This document shows, piece after piece, positions 1 to 9,123 of a stretch of DNA of 17,253 nt. Under the pieces are notes generated by a model that saw only the letters and a list, made by a program, of their open reading frames with translations, made no database searches and was not told where the DNA came from. How positions within the stretch are numbered: position 1 is the first letter of the stretch; each line of letters begins with the position of its first letter. The position numbers and the translations under genes are program-made. The DNA is from Bugula neritina (taxonomy: Eukaryota > Animalia > Bryozoa), in NCBI GenBank assembly GCA_964035545.1, contig CAXIUT010000276.1:1-17253 (forward strand), in the 5' to 3' direction.

Positions 1-81
1 CCCAACCCCAACCCCAACCCCAACCCCAACCCCAACCCCAACCCCAACCCCAACCCCAACCCCAACCCCAACCCCAACCCC
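1..81. repeat. Left telomere, (CCCCAA)n
   Basis: C4A2 hexamer repeats from base 1 to 81; this is the Tetrahymena/oligohymenophorean-type telomere repeat. Confidence 0.98.
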
Positions 82-186
82 TACTTAGGACATTATAATT
101 TTATATATTCTTTCAAAATCATTTTATACTTAATAAGAATTTCAATATTATATATTTACCTAATTTTATTATAACATATCTTTCTT

Positions 187-3100
187 ATGGACTCATCTTA
201 GTGTGAACTACACTGTCCAGAGATCCCGCTAGACCATGAATAAACCAAAAAAATTGCTCTTGAACTTGAAAATATCATCAGAAAACAAGTGAATCCTCAC
301 CTAGCCCATGATCTCCAGCAATATTTAATTAATCTAAATGAATAATCTTCAATAATAGAGACAAAATAATTCTACCCACTTGAATTAAAAGATCAAATAA
401 ACATTCTAAGAACCTTTTTAAAAGATAAAAAGAAACATGAAATCAAAGACATGATCAATAAAATTAAAGATATCATCAAAACTATACCTTTGATTTAAAC
501 AAAGTTTTGGGAAGCTGCTGATTTATTTTTAGACTGTTAGAATATAAAATGTTTGCCATTAGAAGAAAGTAAAAACCTGATAAAATTAATAATGAAAAAG
601 GATAATGAGTAGATGATGAGTTATTTAGAGGAACTTTTTAAAAATAAGATAATATACAAAGAATCTTTAGAGGCTGAACTAAAATCAAAAAAATACAAAA
701 ACATTAATAAATTTAAAATCATTAATTAATCAAATATTTAAAAATAGACCAAGTACAGAAAAAAATATATACGAAGAATTGAATTTATCAAGAAAAAATC
801 CAAAGTAACATGAAGGAAAATAACTATAAATATAAAATTAAGATAAAACAAAATGTTTTAGGGGTAAAATAATAAAAGTTAACTATGCAGCAGATCAGTT
901 TAATATCAAAATTATAAACAAAAAGGAAGAAAAAAATATTTTCATAATTCTTAAAGATAGTTATATTCCTTAAATACAAATTTAACAAGAAGATCTTTAC
1001 CCTTTAGTCTAGTATTTAGAAAAAATCAATAAAAATCAAGGAAACTAATTTAATTTTTGTAAAGAAATAAAATTTGCAAAAAATGTTCATCGAAACTTAA
1101 AACTTTCCGAAGGAAAATATCATATAAGAAGAAAAAATAATTAAAAAAAAGGTAAGTATATTATCTAACTACAACATGCAAGCAAAAATAAGGAAATCTA
1201 TCAATTTCATATTGAACCACCAAGTTAGAACAATTCTAACTTAATCAGATGTCATTCTGTTCATTAAAACGAAAATATCTTCATTGATACTGATGAATTT
1301 ATTCGTTCTTATATGATTTCTTAGAAAAATACTTCCTTTTTGAACTATAAAAATTTAGAAAGTAACAAAAAATTAATAAGATTAAAATAGACGAAATAGT
1401 CAAGTGAATTAAATCGTTTCGAACAAATACTGATTATTTAAAGAAAATAAAAAGAATTAGCTGATAAATTACTTACAGATTCTACCTTTAAAAAATAATA
1501 TGAATTTCTCTTTAACAAACTAATAATTGAACAACTGTAAGAAACAGATCTTGATAAAATACTTGGTTTTGTTGATTAAATAATTGATTTAAAAAAGGCA
1601 ATAAAAATATAAAGTTCAAGGCTTTCAACTATTAAATCAATACTAGTGTCTGCTAATTTTCAAAGTCTTGTGAAGACTTAAAAAATAATAAATCATACTA
1701 AACTAATACATTTACTTAAATAGTCATAAGAAGTTATTTCAACATTAAAAAATAAAGACATCATATCATTTTATGGCTTTACAGGGTCTGGGAAAAGCAC
1801 AACTATAAACTATTTTATTGGTCATGATCTTTAATAATTTAATATTGGATTCAATGAAAAAGCTTATAAAATTAAAGAAGAAGAAAAATTATACTAAAAA
1901 AAGAAATAATGCGCATAAATAGGTCATTCCTTTAGTCTGTCTGAAACTTTGTACTCAAAAGGCTATTCACCTCTTAAATAGGCATATTAAAATTTGGATT
2001 AAAAGATGATATAAAATATAAATTTTTGTGATAATCCTGGCTTTCATGATACTAGGGGTTCAGTTTATGAGATATGTACCAGCTTTAGTATGGATCGAGC
2101 TATTGAAGTATGTTCTAAGCTTAAAGCTGTCATTTTAACTATTCCTTATTCTTCTCTTTTTGAAGGAAGAATGAGTTATTTAATGAGTCTTATGAAAAAT
2201 ATTGGATAAGTATTTCCTAATATCTTTGATATTAAGAGTAAAATTTTTGAGAATTTTTATATTTTTGTCACAAAATATAGAAAGTTTAAATTAAAAGAGA
2301 GTTAATAAGAGTTTATAAAGACGAAATCTGAGCTTGAAAATTTTTGTTAAAAAAATCAAGATCAATCGCTAGCATTATTAGAAGCTATTCAGAAGATAAA
2401 GGTTATTAGTTGTATTCTTGAATTATATAAACATTAAAGAATTATCAAAGTTTAACTTGATGACATCTATGAACGTAAAAATATTCTTTAATATATGACA
2501 TTACCTTAAAATGAAATCCAAAAGGAATAATATTCAAAAATAATGTAATCTTCTAATATGAACCATAAATATTCAGATCAATTATCAGATACATCTAGGT
2601 ATTGGAATTAATTTATTTTACTTCCATATATGAAGTCTATTCCTTAAAGAATATAAAATCATGAAAAATAAAGAGTTAATAAAAAAGAAGAAGTCAACTA
2701 AAATGAAGAAACAATCAATCAAATATATGTAAATGTTGATAATTTAAAAAGTCATATTATTAATTTAGAGAAAAAACATCTACCTTAAGTATATAAATAG
2801 ATTTAACGAGTAGAAAAACATAAATTCAATGAGGAGTAGTTACAAATGATTAATAATACAAAAAATAATAAATTTGAGATAAAAAATATTGTAAATTATG
2901 AATAAAATAAGCTTAAAAATATTGAATAAAAAAAGCAGACAATAAATTCAATAACAAATAAATTTAATTTTATCAAGGATAAATAAACTGCAACTTTAGT
3001 TAATGGGGTAAAGCAAATTGATTTATGGAAAAAATAAATTGATCATTATAATAATCGAATAGAAGAACTTTAAAAGATGTATGAGTTAGAAGAACTTTAT

Positions 3101-4167
3101 AAAAAAGAAAATTATCTTGGTTAAGTATTATAGACACATAGTCTTCAGTTGAAGATTTCATCTCATCCTTTCAGATTATTTTAAATTTACACTGTAAAAG
3201 GTTAGCCATTAAAAGTAGGATCGACATAATAAGAAACATTTTCTAATGTTCCACTAGATAATACTTCTTTTAATATTTAATATCCTTCATCTGCAGATCC
3301 ATAAAATTAAATTAAAAATTTTTAGAAAGAAATAAACCTGATAAAATTCAAGTAAAATTGTTATCAACTGTAGAAATGTTACAATTGATAATATTAGTTT
3401 TAATCAAAGCATGAATAAACATATTTTAAAAGTAGTTCAAAAATTTAATAAAACAAATGATAAAAATGATGTCCCTTATGTTAGGATTTATTAGAAAAAA
3501 TAAGGAAAGTTCTTTTATAAAGATTAAATAGATATTTTTAAGGAACAAATAAAAATAGTAACAAAATAAATCTTCTAAAAAAATTAAATCATGAAAAAAA
3601 TAAGTATAATGACCAATAATAATTCATAAGAAATAACACCTTTGATAGTTAAATTGATTTTTAACAAAATTGAATCATAAAAAATATAAAGTTAAAATGA
3701 AAGATATCGAAAAGACCAACAAAATGTTAATAGCAAGTAGTAAATAAACCAAAAAACAGGGAATAATTGAAAGTAAACGTATTAATCTAAAACAAGTCAA
3801 TGATGATATAAAAAAATATGAATAAATGATTCTAAGTGAAAAAGAAAAAGAAAATAAGTATATTTTAAAAGGTCAATAACTTATAAAATAACTCTAATAG
3901 CTTACAAAGAAAAGATAAAGAGAAGAAGAGGAATATAAAAAGTATGCTTATCTGATTTATGATCAATTAAACAACAATATTCCACAGACACTATTTGAAT
4001 TAATTAAGATGACGATGAACTCGAGGATGCAAAAGAAATAATCTTAGCAATTTACAACTAAGGAAGAATTTAGACAAAAATTTTTTAATGATTTTATCAA
4101 GACTTACTCATAGGTTAGATATGACCTCTAGAATAAAGTAAAGTATCATCTTGGTTTAAAAAAATGA
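187..4167 (+). CDS. Large P-loop GTPase (TRAFAC class, AIG1/GIMAP/septin-like) with long coiled-coil regions, about 1300 aa
   Basis: With TAR=Glu: G1 GFTGSGKST (from 1775), G2-like IGHSFSLSET (~1918-1947), G3 FCDNPGFHDTRG (~2024-2059), G4-like IFVTK (~2261-2275). The frame is open from ~620 to 3351. The full model needs a frame change between 617 and 810 (indel or intron), a 22-nt intron at 3352-3373 and a frame change between 3658 and 3768 (probable A-run error). TGA at 4165-4167. The GTPase domain is solid; the gene ends are less certain. Confidence 0.7.
3352..3373 (+). other. Putative 22-nt spliceosomal intron in the GTPase gene
   Basis: GTAAAATTGTTATCAACTGTAG. Its removal joins the upstream frame (which hits TGA shortly after) to the downstream open frame (...IKFK/NVTIDNISF). 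Confidence 0.55.
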
Positions 4168-4376
4168 TTCAAACCATTAAATTATCCTATCAATTATCTT
4201 ATTTGAATAATTATATTCTTTCTATCAAATAATAAAACATTTTAGGTAATAATAATCATCTAAAAAGAAAATAATTAATTCTCAAAAAATAATATATTTT
4301 TTCAAGAAATAATCGGTTTATAAACGACAATAATTTATTCTCATAATAAGTATTGATTTATCAAATAATAACAAAA

Positions 4377-6725
4377 ATGGAATCTTCTGATTCGAAACCT
4401 TCAAGGACAGGTGGACAAGAAGCTTAAAATATCAGAGTTGCAAAAGCAGCACATAGTTTAAGCAACAACTACGATGATGAAAAAGGTTGCCTTGGAGAGA
4501 AACTTTAATAGGTTGAATAAAAAGAGATGAAGGATAGACTTCATAAATATATTGGAGTTATTACATTTTTAGACAACTACAAAGATTTAGGATCAGGTAC
4601 AGGGATTATCATCTCACGTAATTTGGTTTTGACATGTGCTCATAATATCTATGATCATAAAAAAAAATCTCTTTATTCAGGTCTAAAGTTTTATCCTGGA
4701 CATAGAGGAGAATCAAAAAACTTCTACTAAGTTGAGTCATGGTTTTTCCCTAAATAGTACAAGATAGATCATGGATATAAATATGAGTATGCTTTACTAA
4801 AGCTAAAATAAGAATTTCAGAGTTCAGATTTTATTTCTTTAAATATAGGTCAAATGAAAGTCGATAATGAACTAAAAATAGCCATCTATGGATATCCTGA
4901 AGATAAATTCAAATTAATAAGTCATGAAAAAGAACTGTTTCTAGTTAACCAGTGGGGATTGAGTAAAAAAGGAAGAATTATTTAAATAAAAGAAAAAAGT
5001 GGATAAATAATTCACAATATATCAACTTTTCCTGGTCAAAGTGGTGCTCCATTGATCGGAATTGATAAAAACCAAAACCTCGCAATTATTGGTATTCATA
5101 AAGGAGGAATGAAATCAAAAGAAGCAAACATAGCAAGATTGATTACTCCTTAATTGATCACAGTTTTGGAAAAAGAAACTCTTAGTCTTAAAGCCTAAAT
5201 GTTTAAGCCATTGATTGATATTGATTACAGCTAGATAAAAGGTTACTTAAACTTTTAGATACATCCTTTATGGAAAGAAGAGATTTAATCAACTTCAAAA
5301 GTTAATCCAAGAGATCCGAAAGTTTATTATGAGCTAGGAAGTGAACTTTTAAGAATAAATAAAACCAAAGAAGCGATTAAGTGTTATGAAAAAGCAATTG
5401 AGATAAATCCAAACTATAAATAAGCTAACATAAAACTAAAAATTTCTCAATAATAATTGTTAAAAACAAAAAAAATAGGAGAACAAAAAGAATTAAATTA
5501 ATTTAAGATCTAAAAATAAAGATAAAATATTAATTTTGATCAAAAAAAGAAATAATAATCAAAAAATAATGATTATGAGATTGAAAAAGTGAATAAAGAA
5601 AGAAAAAATTAAATTATTTCGGGGTAATAATGAATAAATTAAGATTAAGATTAAAATAGGAAATAAAAATAAAATAAATGGAAAAAAAAGAAGAAATAAT
5701 AGATAATAAGATTCCTATCAAATAATATGGGTATTAAGGTATAATAAAGTTTATGAAAAATGAAACAAAATAAGAGAAAAAACTAAATGTCAGTGAATTA
5801 ACAGTCACCAATACAGTATTTAATCATCAATATAGTGTAAAAAATTAATAACTAAGTTGTACTTAATCATCGATATAGCGTAAAAGATTAATAACTAAGT
5901 TGTATTTAATCATTGATATAGTGTAAAAGATTAATAACAAAGATGTATTTAATCATCAATATAGTGTAAAAGATTAATAACTAAGCTGTATTTAATCATT
6001 GATATAGGGTAAAAGATTAATAACTAAGATGTATTTAATCATCGATATAAGGGTAAAAGATTAATAACTAAGGGGTATTTAATCATCGATATAGAGTAAA
6101 AGATTAATAACTAAGAAGTATTTAATCATCGATATAGTGTAAAAAATTAATAACTAAGATGTATTTAATCATCGATATAGGGTAAAAGATTAATAACTAA
6201 GATGTATTTAATCATCGATATAAGGGTAAAAGATTAATAACTAAGGAGTATTTAATCATGGATATAGAGTAAAAGATTAATAACTAAGATGTATTTAATC
6301 ATCGATATAGGGTAAAAGATTAATAACTAAGCTGTATTTAATCATTGATATAGGGTAAAAGATTAATAACTAAGATGTATTTAATCATTTATATAGCGTA
6401 ATATCATTGTAAAGTAGATGTGGTAAATCATTATTAACAAAGAAATCGTTTGGAGAGGAGTTGTCTAAGTTTCGAAATTTAAAGAAGTTGACCCTTGAAT
6501 TCAAGTAATTTTGGAAGAAAGAAGTCATTGTCTATTCAATTTTGGCTGTTTCAATTCTTGGATCAAGGCTATCAATGAGGATTTAACAAAACTTGAATCA
6601 ATTCAGCTAAATATCTACTAATTATACAAACAGAAAAATCATAAAGATAAGTAGTTGTTGCATGATACAGCTGGACAACTAAATTGAAGAGAAAGGATAT
6701 TCTTAAAGTGAACTACGTGCCTTGA
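4377..6725 (+). CDS. V8/glutamyl-endopeptidase-like serine protease + TPR + charged coiled coil + leucine-rich repeats (multi-intron gene)
   Basis: ATG 4377. Protease motifs GTGIIIS..LVLTCAH (His 4641), YEYALLKL (triad-Asp position is GAG, 4785), IYGYP, STFPGQSGAP (Ser 5040) and IIGIH. TPR DPKVYYELG..AIKCYEKAIEINPNY (~5313-5418). A 20-nt intron at 5624-5643 removes the in-frame TGA at 5631 and restores the frame into LNVSELTVTNT. After the 5816-6442 array come LRR-like KSFGEELSKFRNLKKLTLEF and LTKLESIQLNIY. Further 20-nt introns at 6505-6524 and 6651-6670; TGA at 6723-6725. Confidence 0.8.
5624..5643 (+). other. 20-nt spliceosomal intron
   Basis: GTAATAATGAATAAATTAAG. It contains the in-frame TGA; splicing gives GG|A and an open frame to 5815. 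Confidence 0.8.
5816..6401 (+). repeat. 43-bp tandem array, about 13.6 units; unit = 20-nt GT..AG + 1 nt + 20-nt GT..AG + 2 nt
   Basis: Unit starts at 5816, 5859, 5902, 5945, 5988, 6031, 6075, 6118, 6161, 6204, 6248, 6291, 6334 and 6377. Consensus GTATTTAATCATCGATATAG-N-GTAAAAGATTAATAACTAAG-NN. Units 6 and 10 are 44 bp. Confidence 0.97.
6398..6442 (+). other. Two non-repeat 20-nt introns (6398-6417 and 6423-6442) flanking a 5-nt micro-exon ATGTG
   Basis: GTAATATCATTGTAAAGTAG and GTAAATCATTATTAACAAAG are both exactly 20 nt and GTA..AG. Splicing yields C|AT GTG|AAA TCG = H-V-K-S, in the LRR frame. Confidence 0.65.
6505..6524 (+). other. 20-nt spliceosomal intron
   Basis: GTAATTTTGGAAGAAAGAAG. 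It falls right after the LRR strand LTLEF and moves the frame onto the next LRR (LTKLESIQLNIY). Confidence 0.7.
6651..6670 (+). other. 20-nt spliceosomal intron
   Basis: GTAGTTGTTGCATGATACAG. Splicing extends the frame to TGA 6723; without it the protein would end at an earlier TGA (~6685). Confidence 0.55.
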
Positions 6726-6903
6726 ATAAAATAAAATCAATTAATTAACATTATTTCTTGAGAGTAAAGTGTATCTATTAACAGTCCAGATAAGTAGACA
6801 CTTGTTGTATTGGTGATTATACTATCTTTAAATACTAAAAATATCATATCATTAAAATTAGATAATATCTTTGAAGATAATATATTTTGTATTTTATAAT
6901 CTT

Positions 6904-7341
6904 ATGATTGAAATCTAAGATAAAAATGAGTAATATACTAAAAATTATAGAGAAATGACCTTTCTTAGAAAAGAGATTTCAAAAATTTTGTCTATTTATT
7001 TGACTAAAGTTACTGTGCAAGCGAACTTTGTCTTATTTTAGTTCAATTTTCTTCAACATAAAAATAGATTTCAACAGCCATTTATCAAACAACTAGAAGA
7101 AGAACTATCATATGTTGGTGCAAATGATCTTAAAAGAAACGAAACACGACAATCTAAAGAGTTCGTACTTGGATATTACTACTTCTAGATATAAATGTCT
7201 CATCTAAATCCCAATTTTTACAAGAGATTAGGGATGATAGACATCTAATACTTGTTATCTAGAGGAAAAAGTACATATTTATCACATAGATCTCTACCAT
7301 TTCATTTGAAATAGATCCAAAAATAAGTGAGGAATGCTTGA
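6904..7341 (+). CDS. Hypothetical protein (3' end uncertain, may extend to ~7460)
   Basis: ATG 6904 after an AT-rich spacer; TGA-free frame to 7339-7341 under TAR=Glu. Possible tiny introns at 6930-6950 (21 nt) and 7271-7289 (19 nt). No motif recognised. Confidence 0.4.
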
Positions 7342-7560
7342 GTATGCTAGTTTAAAAGTGGATCATTCAAAAATAAAAAATGTTTCTATGCTGAACCTGA
7401 TAAATTTAGTAAGATTAGTGATATTGGCACTACTTTGCTTATTTTTCAGCTTAAAATGAATTACTTAATTTAATTTTTTTTAAAAAGTTCATTTTTTAAA
7501 ATTATCAAAAAATATCAAGAACTTGAATAATCCAAACTTGTTTATTTTATTTTATTAATA

Positions 7561-9036
7561 TCAGTGTTTATCACCTAAACCAGAACACTTAGGATGAACT
7601 GTCCTAGTATTGAGCATAATCGATGTTGCACTTGCTCTCTATTCAGGTTCAATTGTTCTTTTGCTTACCATTTAATACTTAGACTCTGTTTGAATATACT
7701 TAGTTATTTATTTGAACATTCCCTCTTGCTTATGACTACTTGTATTAAAAGGCATTAAAGTTTTAATAGGCGTGTATATTTAATCTTTCGAACAGAACTG
7801 TGAAACAGTTTCTTTGGGAGCCATTCTATCCAATTTAAATTTATCCATTTTTGCTTGTTTGTATTATCTAGGATTAGTTGCTATTGCTGATTTTGTCGAA
7901 CTGAAAAGATGCCTTGCTTCTAGATATATATCATGGATCTTTTTGGCATCAGATGTGGAAGGATTGCGGCTGTGAACTGTCTAATATGCTGAGTTGTTGT
8001 GAGTGTGACCAGTTTCGATTACTGATGGGTTGTGAGAATGACGACTGTCTTTTGGTAATTTATTGTTAGTCTATTTTTGTTTTAAGCAGTTGATTGCTTT
8101 TTTTGGAGTTTTTATATGTATTTTGTTCTATTTGGTGTTATTTTCTAGCTAGATTCCGAGTTATTATACTGATATTCTTTGTTATTTTTCATATTTTAGC
8201 ATTTTTTTAAGCAAATCTTTTATCTTTATATCATAATCTATTCTCTATATATCTTCATGAATCTACTTAACTCTTTTCTTTATCTTTTCCTCTCTAAAAA
8301 TAAATTTATTCTATCCAAATACTATATCAACAATCTAGCTCTAGAACTTAACTTATTTCCCTAGACACATTTCCAACACAACCATACCAAGCCCAAAGAT
8401 CTGACTCTTGCAAGTAACTGTGACATATTCTTAAGTTCCAACAATTTTCAATAACTCTGGAGCAATTCCATAATCTCTGCAAAGCATCATTTAATCAAAC
8501 TCTTAATAGAACCTCAAAGGATGACAAATCTACGAATCTTCTTCTTGAATCAACATGTACCTTCCAGCTTTATTTCGTAAAATAGATTGTTTACATATAT
8601 GATAATATTTGACATTATGATCTTCTGATAGTTTCAGAGCCAAAGTACAATGTCTTAGCAAAGTTAATATTTATTCAGAAGTGTAAGGTGTAGTTTGAAC
8701 TTTACGATAATACTGTTCTAAATGTAGAGTTGTAACAAAATGTTAATAAAATATTTACTGTTGTAATGATCTTGAACAAATTCCACTTTAACCATCTTGT
8801 CCATATACTTTTTTCAATATATGCCAGCATCCAGCATGATTTTGTTTCCCATTTAGCCATACTATCTTCCTATTGATCTCTTCTATCACTGTCTCACATC
8901 GCTGTTTCATCATGCATAGTTGACTTTTTCCTCCAAAAGTGACTTATACTTATATTAGTGGTCCTAGCAGGGGATGGAGGGTTAGTTTTTTTTGTTGGTA
9001 TTTGATTTTAAGTTGTTCTGATGGTTCGTTTCCCAT
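7561..9036 (-). CDS. Protein-kinase-fold pseudokinase with predicted N-myristoylation, 491 aa
   Basis: Uninterrupted frame beginning MGNEPS. Kinase C-lobe motifs: IFYEHF (hinge), YTSEEILTLL, GIAPELL, KSQIFGLGMVVLEM and LLKKMLKYEKEQRIS. The catalytic loop is degenerate (YYHICKQSIL) and there is no DFG. Confidence 0.8.
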
Positions 9037-9123
9037 AGAATTCGAGTTAGTATATTATACAATACTAGAACTTCAATTGATATACAATTCAAATATAACT
9101 ACAAAAATAATCTAATTTAAATA

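Noticed and set aside
609-810. Euplotes-type AAA-TAR +1 frameshift, or a 22-nt intron at 609-630, in the GTPase gene
   Set aside because: TAR is a sense codon here, so the Euplotes mechanism does not apply. The intron would have to skip a nearer TAG acceptor. It cannot be distinguished from an A-run error.
5922-6247. MORN-like look of the spliced peptide YSDGKYDG
   Set aside because: Too short and biased by the GAT-like consensus codon; probably coincidence.
5816-6401. CRISPR array
   Set aside because: There are no unique spacers (only 1-2 variable bases between blocks) and no cas genes, and the context is eukaryotic.
5816-6442. Array read through as an ordinary protein repeat
   Set aside because: It is TGA-free in frame and so formally possible. 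However, a 43-nt unit cycles through all three frames, and this reading does not explain the invariant GT/AG ends, the 20-nt lengths or the variation focused on the intervening bases. Disfavoured, not excluded.
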